64,000 bases of DNA from Hyaloraphidium curvatum SAG 235-1 (GCA_025558095.1 JAIVFI010000025.1:186001-250000); one strand, 5' to 3'. Counted from the first letter of the stretch, positions 21,316 to 33,703 are shown. Translations and numbers: made by a program. The notes: generated from the sequence alone by a model not told the origin.

Positions 21316-22896
21316 ATGGCTGCCTACCTCGACGCGTTCCTGTCCCGCATCGGCCTGAGGGGACCCGAGGAGTCGAAGGTCCTCTTCATCGGACAGGACG
21401 CTGCCGGCAAGACCGCTTTGCTGTACCGCCTCAAGTTCCCCGAGCAGGACATGCTCACGACAATTCCGACCATCGGCTTCAACGTCGAGTCGGTGCGGGT
21501 CCGGTCGCCTGCGGGGGCGAGGGGCTTGCAAATTTGGGACGTCGGCGGCTGCGACAGGATCAGGCCGCTGTGGAGGCACTATTTCGCCGGCACGGACCTC
21601 GTCGTGATCTTCATGACCGGCGAGGATTGCTGCGCCGGACGGGCGGAAGAAGCCGGCTTGATACTTTCGGAGCTCGCCGAGGACGAAACGGTGCGCAGGC
21701 CTTTTCTCATCCTGGTAACAAAGCAGGACCTGCCTGGAGCTGCCGGACCGGACGAGTTTCGGCGCGTGCATGCGAAGGAGCTGCGAAAGTTTGCGGTGAT
21801 GTCACCGGTTCTCGGCATCTCCGTGACCACGCGCAAGGGCTTCGACGAGCTGGCTTCCTTCATGGTCGAAGCTTGCAGCAGCAAACAGAGCGGCGTTCCT
21901 TCTATCCTACCTCCCAAAGGCTCCGAGGAAAACGAGAAACCGAAGCTTTTGGAGTGGCTTGAACGGCAAGATGAGCCGAACGACGAGTTCCTGGCCAAGC
22001 TCGCCGACTGCACCCTGGACTCGTGGGATCACCGCACGCACCTGCGCATCGCCTGGCTCCACTTAACCCGGTTTGGCCGGCGCGAGGGCCTGGAACGGAC
22101 CTTTAACTCGATCCGGAACTTCATCGCCAACAGCGAGCGGGCGCGCAAGACCACCTTCCACTTTACAATGACCTACTTCTTCATCCACCTGGTCCACTAC
22201 GCCATTGTTTCGACGCTCAACCCCACGGGCGATTTCCCTGGGTTCCTGGCCGCGAATCCGCAGCTCAGCGACGGCGGCATCTATTTGCGCTACTATTCGA
22301 AACAGCTGATGCTACACACGCCCGAGTCCAGGGAGCGGATGGTGCTGCCGGATTTGAAGCCTCTGCCGAGCATCATCACGGGCGCCGTCAACCTGAAGGG
22401 CACCTTACTTCCGGATTCGTTGCCGCCAGTTGCCGATGATGATGGCCCGAGCCTCGCGACCCTGGCTCTGAACGATGGCGAGCTCACGGACGAAGAGTTC
22501 CTGGCGCGATTCAAGCAGCGACAGCTCAGCAGCTGGGGACACCGCACGATGCTGCGGTTGATATGGATCGTGATCACCGCCGCGAGCGCGAAAGGAAGGC
22601 GGAGAACGGAAGCTGCCGACCAGATCTTTGAGCTGCTGCGGGGCCAGATGGGCGGCGCCTTTAACCTGCGGCTCGCCTACTTCTGGATGCACATGGTGTA
22701 CCTGGCAGCTGCCAGCGCCCCTCGCGGATGCTCTTTCAACCATACTGTCGGCTCGCTCCGTAAGGAGTACGATCTGGAGGACGCCGGCCTGTGGAAGAAG
22801 TTCTATTCGGATGCCGTCATGTTTGCAGAGCCGACAGACTCGATGGCGTTCCCGGACAAGAGGCCACTTCCGAGCACGGTTGCAATAAAGCGATGA
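21316..22896 (+). CDS. Atypical Arf-family GTPase fused to two tandem uncharacterised helical domains
   Basis: GQDAAGKT, TIPTIGFNVE, WDVGGCDRIRPLWRHYF, TKQD; then two repeats (EFLAKL..SWDHRTHLRIAW..FHFTMTYF..PDLKPLP and EFLARF..SWGHRTMLRLIW..FNLRLAYF..PDKRPLP). Intronless. Confidence 0.88.
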   Translation: MAAYLDAFLSRIGLRGPEESKVLFIGQDAAGKTALLYRLKFPEQDMLTTIPTIGFNVESVRVRSPAGARGLQIWDVGGCDRIRPLWRHYFAGTDLVVIFMTGEDCCAGRAEEAGLILSELAEDETVRRPFLILVTKQDLPGAAGPDEFRRVHAKELRKFAVMSPVLGISVTTRKGFDELASFMVEACSSKQSGVPSILPPKGSEENEKPKLLEWLERQDEPNDEFLAKLADCTLDSWDHRTHLRIAWLHLTRFGRREGLERTFNSIRNFIANSERARKTTFHFTMTYFFIHLVHYAIVSTLNPTGDFPGFLAANPQLSDGGIYLRYYSKQLMLHTPESRERMVLPDLKPLPSIITGAVNLKGTLLPDSLPPVADDDGPSLATLALNDGELTDEEFLARFKQRQLSSWGHRTMLRLIWIVITAASAKGRRRTEAADQIFELLRGQMGGAFNLRLAYFWMHMVYLAAASAPRGCSFNHTVGSLRKEYDLEDAGLWKKFYSDAVMFAEPTDSMAFPDKRPLPSTVAIKR

Positions 22897-23041
22897 TGCT
22901 GTCAACCGCGGACCTCTACAATGGGCAAGAAAAGAGAAGGTCGGCCTTTGTATCGAGAATGAGAGAAACAATCTGCAGGTCCAATGCAAGGCCGACCCCA
23001 ATCGACGTTTGTACGATCGCGTGGCTCTCTCCCCCGCGACG

Positions 23042-24034
23042 TTAGTCGCTTGCACACATGTTGTCGAGGACGAACTTGCTCGTCTTTTCGAAGCAGTCCA
23101 GCGCGTTCCGCTTGATCAGCTCGTCCTGGAAGTCGCCTCTGATGCAGAGAGTTAGCAACAATGGCGCGGTGGACCCCAGCCAGCAACCAACCGCGCCGTG
23201 CAGAAGCCGTGCGGAACTTCGTCGTACCGGTAGTGCAGCACCGTCCGGCTCTTTGGCTCGGGGATCTTGGGGTTCTTCATCATCGTTTCAGCGCATTCCG
23301 TGAAATCAGGGTCGTTGTTGCCGGGGAGCAGGGCCACGGGCATCTTGACGTTCTCCGAATCGCGGACCGTGATGAATGCCGGGTGGACGCCCACGACGGC
23401 CTTGACGGGGCCGACCATGTCGTCGTCTTGGGCAGCCTGCGACGAGGCTTCGTCAGAACTAGTTTGCGGAACTCAAGCGCACGACACGCGGACCTTGATG
23501 ATGATCTCTGCAAGAAGAGGAGACTGAGCAACGAAAGCACCGAAAGCAACCACAGGACTTACCACCACCGTAGCAAAACCCCACCATAGAGAACTTCTCA
23601 ACCCCGCGGGTCTCCTTGAGGAACTTTATCGTCGCGAGCAAGTCGTTCTTGACGACCTTCTTGTACGATCCGTCACCCTCCGTCGTGAAGCTGATAATTT
23701 GGTCCCAAACAGCGCGAGAGAGCCCAAGCTCGGCAATCTCCGCCCCAGGAGTGCCCGGCTCCGGCGGGTTGGCAAAGAACTCGGCGATGGGCACCCGGCC
23801 GCGGAAGACATCCGGCTGGATCGCCACGAGGCCACTCGCATCTGCCAGGTAGTCACACGCTTGCTTGTTGTTGATATGCCCCGTCCCCACGATGTCGTAT
23901 ATAACAATTAGAGCCTCCTTGGTCGACTGAATCCCGCCTTGGGGCTCGACGATGTAGTACGGGAGATCACCCAGTTTTCCCTCTGTTCCGCGAGGAGTGA
24001 AGACCTCCGGCGGAACAAGAACGGGCTGAGCCAT
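23042..24034 (-). CDS. Dienelactone hydrolase family protein
   Basis: IVIYDIVG, PDVFRG, nucleophile GFCYGG, HPAF, PGNND, VPHGF. Three introns. Confidence 0.9.
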
Positions 24035-24365
24035 GTTCGCGCCGCAGCAGGACCTTCAGTTCGCAGGTGGAACATAGATTGATGTGCCGAGGTGTCCACG
24101 GAGCGGATGCAGGGTGTCCGGGAGCGGGAGCAGAAGTTGGTCGCACATCGGCAGAGATGCGGGTCGAAACCCACTCGGCGACGAGCGGCTTGTCTTTCGG
24201 GTCCTGGGCCGCCATTCTTTTGTCCTCCTAGGGAGACCTGGTTCGCGTGTGGGAGACGGGATCGGCGTGCAAATGGGAGACGGCGGCCAATGGAGCCGCC
24301 GCGATCCCTCCGCAACTTGCACTGAAAGAATTGGGCAAGACAGCCTTCTCTTGGACCCCATACAT

Positions 24366-27300
24366 TCAATCATCGTCAAATTCTGAATCGTCATCGTCCA
24401 GAAGTCGTCGACGTTTGCGCGCTGGCGCCCTGCGAGAATCCGCCGCCTGCCGCGGCGACGTGCGAGTGCCGCCCGAGCCCGACTTCTTCGCGGGCGGTCG
24501 CTTCCGTAGCCTGCGCCCGGAAGGTTCCGAGTCCGAGTCCTCGGATTCGTCCGAGCTGTCGTGGCTCGACTCCTCGTCATCTTCAGACTCTTCATCGTCT
24601 TCGGCGGTAAAGGCGCTGCTCTCCTCTTCGTCGCCTGTTCCGCCGCCGCGATTCCGCGAAGCGCTCGCTCCCCGGCCAGCGCGCCGGATAGACCGACCAG
24701 GTTGCGGTACCGAGGGATGAGGTTGTTGCGGATAAACGCCGCCAGCCTGTTCCTCAGGCACGTCATAGTCCCTCATCCTCCCGTTGAGCCTGATAGTCAG
24801 CGGCCTGGGCACCGCGGCGGCGGAGGCCAAATCGGCGGTTTCCTGCGCGGCACGAGAGCGTCTCGTTTGCCGTCCACCCACGGCGGCCTCCGTATGCTCG
24901 GGATCGTGGCCGTGAGCTTCGTCCGGCTGCGTCTCCGGGGTCGCCGTGCGGTGTGCAGATCGCCTCGTGCTCCGGGTAGATCCAGCGGAAGCCGGGGTGT
25001 CCAGGTGCTCCTGTCCCGCAATTGCGTTGGTGCCCAGAAAAGGCAGCTCCGGCACGGGTTCCATTGCCGCACGGCTGTTCCGAGTCTGTCTGCCGTGCTC
25101 CGCGGTGCCAGGACGGTGCAAAGGAGCGTCCGCGTGCCCTGCATTTGCCTGCCCTTCGCCGTTGCCGGAAGAAGAGCGCATGACCAGGGAGATTGCACGC
25201 TGGGGCTGGTCATCCCGCTGCCTGATGCGCAGGGAAATGGGCCTCGTCCGCTCCGTTGGAGCGTTACCGCGGCCCCGGGGCTGGGGAATGTCGGGTTGCT
25301 CTCCTGCTTGTATCTGTTCGACCAGGCGTCGGAACTCCACATTGGCGAGCTCGTAGATGTAGCTGTCCGGAGCATTGTAATGCATGGCGTTGACGCGGAT
25401 CCGATCCAGATCCCAGACCACGGCCTTGGGAAACGTCAGAAGATGCTCCAAAACAAGCACGCCGCAAGCAACGTACCTCGGGCCTGCGATAGAAGCCAGC
25501 CTGCAACCGAGCCGTGATCAACGAAAAGTGCATCGGATACGCGATCTGCTGGTAGTATTCGGGGTACTGGTCCCGATCGACCGCATCCACGAAGACGGAA
25601 AACCGCTCCGTGTCGGAAAGCTCCATGAGCACCGTGATAAAGCGCGCGACCTCGCTTTCCGAGACCGTCGGCAACGGAGGGGGCACGTCGTCCGGTCGCT
25701 GGATCTCCCACGGGCTGAAAGTGTCCGTTCCGCCGTCGGGCCACCGCACGCGGTAGCAGCTCCAAGGTTCGATCTTCGGCGGCGACGCGCTCGAAGAGCC
25801 GGCGGTGGCGGCAACGGCAGCGGCTGGCTTGCCCTTTCCCTTCCTGTCCCTCAAGCCAAACGGCGCGTCCGACGGGTCGGACGGTTCTGCTGCGAGCAGG
25901 CTGCCGTCCGGCGCGAGCTTGGCGCTGAGCCTGCCTTCGTGCTGCTCGTCGTCCCCGTACTCAACGAGCACCGTGTCCCCGATCTCGTGCGGAATGGAGA
26001 GGCTCCAGTGGTACCGGTCAAAGAGCACGAGAAAGTCCGCGGCGCCTTCTTTGTCAAAGTAGTTGAACTTGAGCAGGCTCGTCGTGGGCGTCAGAGCGTG
26101 CAGACCCTCGGGAAGGTACGTGACGGTCCACTCCGGGTTCGCGGGCGAGGGCGCGTCCGGATTCTCCTTGGCCGCCGTGTTTTCGAAGATCTCGATCTCG
26201 ACGCGGCACACCGCCGGGGGGCCCACGTTGTACTCGATCTTGCGCACGGCACCAAAGACGACGGGTGGGTAGGCGACGGTCGTGCGGTCCCACGGCAGGT
26301 TCCTCGTCACCCTCGCCACCAGGAACGGCGGCTCGGGCGGAACCACCAGGTCGCCCGACGAATCGGTGATGCCCTCCTTGACGGCCCGCACCCAGGACCG
26401 GTGGCCCTGCTGCACGTAGGCGACGACGTCGCCGACCTGCGGCCGGTAGGGCGTTGCCTGCGGCTCGACCCGCGAAATCCACTCGGTCGGGAAGTAGTCC
26501 TCGGCCGCGAGCCCGTCGGGCCGCTTGTCCTTGCGCGACTTCTTGTCGCCCCTGGAAACGGCTTCCTCCTCCCTCTCCCGCTTGGGAGGCCGCGGCCGCC
26601 GCGGCAGCTGCTCCGGCTCGTCGTACGCGTCGCTCGTGTCCGCCGCGGCGTCCGATCCGTCCGACTCCCTGTACGACCGCCCGTTCCTCCGCCGCCGCAG
26701 GCCGAGCTCCTCCGAACCGTCGCTCAGGTACAGCTCCGGCTCCGGCGTCGCGTCCTCGACGGACGCGCGCCGCCGGTTCCTCCTGTCGCGCCGGTCCTGC
26801 CTGTCGCGCCTCTGCCGCGACCGCCGGTCCCGCCGGTCCCTCCGATCCCGGCGGCGCGGGGACCGCCCCTCGTGCCCCGCATCCGCGTCCTCGCCGTCGT
26901 CGGACTCCGATTCCTCGCTCGTGTCGGAGAACGAGGCGCCGTAGTCGTCGTCGCTGGATTCGGGCAGGGGCACGATCGGCTGCGCCGACTCCCAGGCCGG
27001 ACCGTCGTCGTCGTCCTCCTCGACCTCGCGCCGCTGCTTGCGCCGCTTCTGGATCGCCGTCTTGGCGCGCCTGATCTCTTCCCTGAGGCTGTGGGGCGAA
27101 GTGATTTCCGGTCAGGGTGCTCCAAACGCGAGAGCCATTGGCGCGACACCCACTTGCTCTCCGATTCCAGCGGGATCGGATGCCGCTTCCTGCTCCTGAT
27201 CCACGCCAGCTTCCTCTCCCTCTCGGCCTCGATCACGCTCGCCGGGAGCGGCGGCAGGTGCGTCCCGTGGTCCTCCCTGCCGACCATCTGCGGCCACGGC

Positions 27301-30079
27301 ACGCCAAAGTAGCTCGACACGGGCACGCGGGGCATAAGGTGCGGCGCGAGCTGGGTCTGCTCGTCGACGACCCAGGAGTTGGCGTCGATCCTGAGCGCCG
27401 TGTAGTCCGAGGGGAAGAACTGCTCGTAGGCGATGTTGGCGTACGTCTCGACGTCGTCCACGCCCGAGAAGAGGTGCACGTATCCGACCGAGTCCACCGC
27501 GACGATCCGGGTTCCGTCCTCGCTGAACCGCGCCTCGAGCACCGAAAAGTCGCAGAGCAGCTCCTTGATCGCGCGGCCCGTGACAATGTCCCACAGGACC
27601 AGCTTCCCGTCGTGCCCCGCGCTCAGAAACACCCTGGGATCCGTTGGATGCACGTCGATCACGTAGATCTCGTCCTCGTGGGACCGCATGGTGCGGAGCA
27701 GCTCCCCCGTGCGGGAATCGAAGGTCCGCAGGACGTGGTCCGTCGACGCGACCACGATCCGCGAGTCGTCGCGGGACCACGCGGCCATGGTCACCTTGAC
27801 CCGGCCTTCCTTGGGGGCCGCGGCGCGGGTGCGGGTCTGCTCGGCGTTGGCGCCCGCCGCGGGGGCGGGGGGCAGCTCCTCGTCCGTCTCGGCGGGGTCC
27901 GGCTGTGGGGCGGGCGCCGGCTCGGGGGGTGCCTGCTCGCCCGCGGGGCGGCGCAGGCGGCTGCGCATCTCCGCCATGGCGCGGCCGACGCGCTCGCGGT
28001 CCACGTTGCCCTGGCTCCGCCGGGGCACGGAGCGCGAGGTCGTCCGCGGGCCGGCAGAGGCGGCGGCCGAAGGCGGACCCGAAGGTCCCGCCGAGCCGGT
28101 GCCGAAACCCGAAGGTCCCGCCGACGGAGGCGCAATGGGAACCGCAAACTCGGCCGGCGACTGGGGAAAGAGGGGCGAGATCGGCGATCCCGGCCCCACG
28201 GAAGCGCGCGAGGGCCCGTCCTCGGGCACCTCGGGCCCGGCATCCCCGTCCGCGGGACGATCTCGGTCCGCCATCTCGACGTCCTCGGCGCCCGCCGCCG
28301 GGACGGAATCCTGGCCCATGCCGTCCACCAGCTCCTGCGCAGCAGCCTCCTCGGGAACCGCGGGTGCCGGAACGTCGTCGTCCAGCACGACCACCTCCGG
28401 CATCGGAGCCGGCGCTGGCGCGGGCGCCGGTTCCTCCTGCAGCCGCTCCTCCGCCCCCCCGTCGACCGAGACGTACTTGTTGACATCCACTGCGAACCAG
28501 CATCAAGCAGCGCACCGAAACCACGTTCGCGGGCCACCCACCGACGAGCTGCTCCCACCGCACCGGCCTGAACGGCTCCATCACCGGCCTCCACACCCTC
28601 GCCGTCCCGTCCACGCTCCCCGAAAGCACGCTCTCCCCGTCCCCCGCGTGCGCCACGCACGCGACGGCGCCCGTGTGCCCCGACCCGTCGGCGCCCAGCA
28701 GCGCCGGGCCCCTTGCGGCGCCCGTGTCGGGGTCCAGGGCAAACACGCGGACGATGCCGTCGGTGGAGCCCACGCAGAACTGCGTGCCGGCGTCGTTGAA
28801 GGAGTAGCAGCGGACCTCGTCCCGCTGGAGCAGGGTGCAGTTGATGACGAGCGGGTCGCGGGAAAAGGTGCCCGCCGCCGCGTCCCACTTCCACAGCCGG
28901 GAGTTGCCGTCGACGCCCGTCGCCAGGAGGTACCTCAGGTCCGGCGTGGGTCCGGGGGCAAAGGTGACCCCCGTGAAGCCCTTTTTCTTGCCCGTGGCCG
29001 GCCCCAGGAGGACCGCGACGGGCTCCGCCGAGCCGAGCTTCCACACGCGCACCGTGTTGTCGAGCGACGCCGAGGCGACGAGCTCGTTGTCCGGCGACAC
29101 GGCGACGTCCACAATCACGCTCATGTGGCCGCGGAGCGAGTGCACGAGCCAGCCGGCGTCGGCGTCCCAGACCTTGACGAGGTAGTCGTCGCTGCCCGTG
29201 ACGATGCGCCGGCCGGTGCGGTCGAAGACGGCGCAGTAGATGGGCTGGATGTGGCCCTGGATGGCGAACATCTGGAGATGGGGGGAGATGAGGGGCGTTT
29301 CGGTGTGGGCACGGGGAAGAACCAACCCGAGCGAAGCGACGCAGGTAGAAGCGCAGGGGGTGCTCGCGGCCGTACCTGCGGGCCCCCAGCTCGTTGGCGC
29401 CGACACGCAGCACTGCATCCCGTGCAGTTAGCATACTGTAATCCGTCGGTGCCCCAGGTAAGTGCGATCGACCCACCGACGTTCTGCATGCCCCTGCCCG
29501 CTCCGATGCCCGCGACCGAGGCCAGCAGGCCCGCCCGCGGCCGCAGATCCGCCTGCGAGCGGTAGCACCCCGGCGGCATCTCCTCTGCCGGCACGTGGCG
29601 TGCGATCGGCGCCGCCAGCGGCCAGCCGGCGTTTGCGGCCAGCAGCGAGGCGATGCCGGGAGCGGGGCCGGGCGCGTGCGCGTCGGCCAGCGCGAGCAGA
29701 CGACCCAGCAGGCCCGGCAGCCGTTGCGGGTCGGCGGCATAGTCCGCCAATGGCCGCGCGTGCGGCGCGCCCGTCCAGTCGAGCCGCGGCGGCAGCGGCG
29801 CCGTGCGGTCGCCCCGCGCCAGCGCGGCCGCCTGCGCCGCCTCGAGCTCCGTGCCGAGCGCCGCCGCCGCGCGCGCAAACGGCCCGCCGGCGAGGAACGC
29901 GTGGATCAGCAGATACAGCTCTAAGCGCGGGAATAGGGAATGGCGAGCACACATTAGGTTGCAAAGGTGGGAGGTTAGAGGGAGGGGCGCCGCGGTTAGC
30001 CCGCGGCAGCAGCCGGCACCCGCAGGCGCCCACCAGACGTCACGCCCGCCGCGCTGGCGGACGACGGCGGCCCGGACAT
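24366..30079 (-). CDS. PHIP: PHIP/BRWD-family WD40-Tudor-bromodomain protein
   Basis: N-terminal ELYLLIHAFLAGGPF; WD40 repeats (IVTGSDDYLVKVWD, SASLDNTVRVW, SAGHDGKLVLWD); EQFFPSDY..DEQTQLAPHLMP; YRPQVGDVVAYVQQGH; SPWEI; bromodomain YPEYYQQIAYPMHFSLITARL..NAMHYN. Several introns. Confidence 0.92.
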
Positions 30080-30666
30080 GGCGGGGCCGCGCGGCGTGGG
30101 GGCGAACTCGAGTGGGGAGGTCGGATCCCTTCGCGGAGCAATCACCACGTTCGACGTCCCCCTGGACCCAAGAACGCCTTTGACGGTCGCTGCCTCTAGC
30201 GGATGGATGGATGGCAGAGTGGACTGGCCCGCTGGGCTGGACTCGATCGCACGCGACACCCGCCGGGGCGCCATCCCGAGCCCCACGGCCGCTACTGCGC
30301 AAAGATTTGGAGAGGGCGGATTCTGGGCGAGACGATCCGCCACCGAGCGCCGCACGGCCGCTTTCGAAAACACTTTGCTGTGGGGTGAATGAGAGGAGGC
30401 AGATCGAGTCCGGGTCCACCAGATCAGGTCAAAAACACCGCAGGGAAAGCTGTAACGGTGGAAGGAACCTAGATTGATCGTAACCTGCCCTTCTCTTGAG
30501 CGCTGAAGTTCGAAATGGTTTTGGGTGGTGAGGTGCCGCTTCAACAACGGTCCCCCGTGGAGGCACCACACACGCCAAGCTCCTCGGAGCCCCAAAGACC
30601 CTCTATAGACAGAAGGGGACGCGAGAAATCGCTTATCGGACAGCGCCCGGCGCGCCACGGCCCGCG

Positions 30667-32450
30667 ATGCCGCGCGATGGCGGCCCCGCGGACCCCGAGG
30701 AAGGCAGAGCATCCCGCCCGCGCCCGGTCCCCCCGCGGCGCCGTTCCACGATCCGCGACGCGGTGCAGAGCTACTCGCGCTCCATCGATTTCATCGCGGA
30801 CTACGGCGGCGCGCTGTCGCGCTCGTCGGCGTCGGTGCGTCCGCTGACGCCGGCGAGGCAGGGATCGCTGGTGCGGAACGAGGCGGCCGGGACGGGGCAG
30901 GCGGGGCCGGGGAGGCAGGGGTCTGTTGTGCGGAACGAGTCGTTCGGCCCGGCGGTGCGGACAGAGTCCTCGTTCGCGGGGGCAGCGCGGACCGAATCGT
31001 TCGGCCCCGCGCCGCCGACGTCGCCCACCTCGCCGACCAGCGAGGTCAGCTCCGTCGCGGTCGAGGAGGACGAGGGACCCGGGCCGCTGTCTCCTGCCGA
31101 CGAGACCACCCCCCTCGTCGCGGACGCGAGGCGCGCGTCGCGCATCTACGCCGAGAAACCGCCCGAGCCCGGCGACCCGCACGGCGGGGCGCAGGCGCAT
31201 GCCAAGTCGACCTTCATGCAGTCGCTGTTCAATTCGGCCAACATCCTCGTCGGGATCGGCGTCTTGAGCCTGCCGTTTGCCCTCCGCCTGACTTCCTTCG
31301 CCGTGGGCCTGGGGCTGCTCGCGGTGTTCTGCATCCTCACGCTCTACACCGCCCGAGTGCTCGCGCGGCTCGTGGACCTGGCGGGCGACGTGACCACCTA
31401 CGCCGACGTGGGCCAAATGGCGCTCGGCAACAACGGACGCATCTTCATCGCCTACTTCTTCCTCACCGAGCTAGTCTGTGCCTCTGTCGCTCTCATTATC
31501 CTCGCTTCGGATTCGATCCACGCGCTGATTCCGTCCTGGCACCCCTACACCGTCAAGCTGGCCCTCTTCCTCGTCGTCGCCCCCACGACCTGGCCCCGCT
31601 CCCTCGGCTTCCTGTCCTACTTCTCCCTCCTCGGCATCGTCTCCTCCCTCAACCTCATGGCCATCACGTTCTACCTCGGGCTCTCCACCCCCGAGGCCCC
31701 GGGCTCGCTGCACGAACCCGCGGACGGCGTGGAATGGCTCCTCCCGCGGTCGTGGATGGGCATGCCCCTCGCCACGGGCCTGCTGATGGGCTCATTCGCC
31801 GGGCACGCGGTGTTCCCGAGCATCTACGTGGACATGGAGGACAGGAAGGGGTACCCGGCCCTGATCACGCTCACCTACGGGATGCTGGTCGTGCTCTACG
31901 GCGCCCTCGCGGCGGCCGGGTACTACATGTTCGGTTCCTCGACCGCCCAAGAGGTGCGCCATCCCGTGCCGCCCGCCCGTCGAACGCCGTCTCACCTCCC
32001 CGCCAGATCACCCTCAACTTTGCCCGCACCCCGGCCTACCCCCCCGCCCTCGTCCACTGGACCGTGGCCCTCGTCGCCATCAACCCCCTCTCCAAGTTCG
32101 CCCTCACCCTTTCCCCCGTCAACGCCTTCCTCGAGCGCGCGCTGCTGCCGCCCTCCCTCTCGTCGGCGACGCGCGCCGCCCTGCGCACCGCGTCGCGGAC
32201 CGCCGTCGCGGCCGCCGTGTTCCTCGTCGCGGCGCTGTTCCCGGCGTTCGAGAGGGCAATGGGCGTCCTGGGGAGCCTGTTCTCGTTCACGGTCTCGGCG
32301 GCTTTTCCCTGCGCGTGCGTGCTGGTGCTCGCTTCGTCGGGGGGGATGCGAGTGTCGCTCGCCGAGAGGATCGCGTGCGGAGTGATACTGGTCGCGTCCG
32401 TGGTGCTGGGGGCGAGCGGGACGCTGTGGAGCGTGATGGGCTGGGCTTGA
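30667..32450 (+). CDS. AVT1: Vacuolar amino acid transporter (AAAP, Avt1-like)
   Basis: STFMQSLFNSANILVGIGVLSLPFA, TYADVG, FAGHAVFPSIYVDM, GYYMFG, INPLSKFAL. Intron ~31954-32006. Confidence 0.9.
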
Positions 32451-32564
32451 AGGAGCGAACGCTGTTGGTTTGGAAGGTCTAATTCATGGCGTGAAGTTAC
32501 GTACAGTGCCATCGTGCGAGCTATGTACATGATGGTCAATCGATCAGCGTCCCCTCTGTACACT

Positions 32565-33539
32565 TCACTGGGCCCAGCTCCCAAAGAGCATGCGCCGCAC
32601 GGCCGACCCGAACCCTTCGTGGCGCTCCTTTTCCCTGTGCTCCTCGGCAGGTCCGTCCACGAGGGTCAGCTGCGACAAGGCGAGGGCGGCCTGCGCCGCG
32701 GCAAGCTCCGCGAGGTCCTCCTCGGGCGTGTGCATCTCGTCCGTCGGCGAGACCGGCATCTCGTCCATGCCGTCCGGCGAGCGCCGCGTCGGGGACTCGG
32801 GGGAGGCCAACGCCGCCGGCCGCGGGTGGAACTTGGTCTGGATGAGGTACAGCGTGCGCCGCAGCATGTCCGCGCCCTCGGCGTGGTGGCCGCGCGGGCC
32901 GGCGAGCTCCTCCTCCAGGTCCTCGGCGGTGTAGCAGTACCTTCCCAGAGCGCTGCGGGCGATCACGGCGTCCCGGATGCGGGTGATGGTGACGGTGTTT
33001 GCCGGCACCCGGTGGAACGCGGCGGGGATGGGGAGCATCGCGCGGCTCCGGCGGATGAGGTTCACGGCGTTGCGCCACAGCACGAGCCGCCGCTCGAAGC
33101 CCGCGACCTCGCGCTTGCGCTTGTGCTTCCGCCTGCGCGTGCCGTCGCGCGGGCGGAACCTCCGGGCAAGGGCCTCGTCCGAGTTGCGGTCAAACACGAT
33201 GCCGTCGTCCTCGCCCGGCGGAACGGGCGGCGAGAAAAAGTAGTCGAACGTCTGCTGGTCGCACGTGGCGCCGCCGCCCTGCCTGGCCAGCGCGACCGCG
33301 TGGAGCGTCCGGAACAGGCTTTGCGCCTGCATCTCCAGCACGTCGGCCGGATGCATGAGCCGGCAGAAGCGCAGGTGCGCCTCGAGCTCCTCGGAGTTGG
33401 GCGCCGTCGTCCGGCACAGCAGCGGCGGGGGCCCATCGAAGTGGCCGTGCTGCGTTTCCGGGTCGGCGTCGTCGGCGTCGGCCCAGATGCCGTACGGGCC
33501 GAAGCCGCGGAGCTCGGCAAAAGCCAGGGCAATGTCCAT
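32565..33539 (-). CDS. Hypothetical protein, 324 aa
   Basis: Intronless ORF with strong GC3 bias that fills the gap between two known genes. No motif recognised. Confidence 0.65.
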   Translation of the reverse strand: MDIALAFAELRGFGPYGIWADADDADPETQHGHFDGPPPLLCRTTAPNSEELEAHLRFCRLMHPADVLEMQAQSLFRTLHAVALARQGGGATCDQQTFDYFFSPPVPPGEDDGIVFDRNSDEALARRFRPRDGTRRRKHKRKREVAGFERRLVLWRNAVNLIRRSRAMLPIPAAFHRVPANTVTITRIRDAVIARSALGRYCYTAEDLEEELAGPRGHHAEGADMLRRTLYLIQTKFHPRPAALASPESPTRRSPDGMDEMPVSPTDEMHTPEEDLAELAAAQAALALSQLTLVDGPAEEHREKERHEGFGSAVRRMLFGSWAQ

Positions 33540-33703
33540 TGCGTGTAAACGGGCGTACCGGGTTCCCCGTCAATTCATCTGCCCTGTTTGCTTGCCGCTG
33601 TGTTTGGCTGAAGCGGATTTGGCGATGTGTTTGGCAGTTCCGTTGAACTGTTTGGTGCAGTTTTCGCACTTGCCACACCCGGCCGATCGTTCCGGCCAAG
33701 ACA

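Larger units (their letters stand above)
19885..22980 (+). repeat. Tandem duplication (about 19885-21075 and 21120-22980)
   Basis: Shared upstream ATTGGATTGCTGGTCACG and AAATCCGCATCG.GGCATCTCGCAGCC; shared downstream TGTATCGAGAAT.AGA; highly similar coding sequence. Confidence 0.9.
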
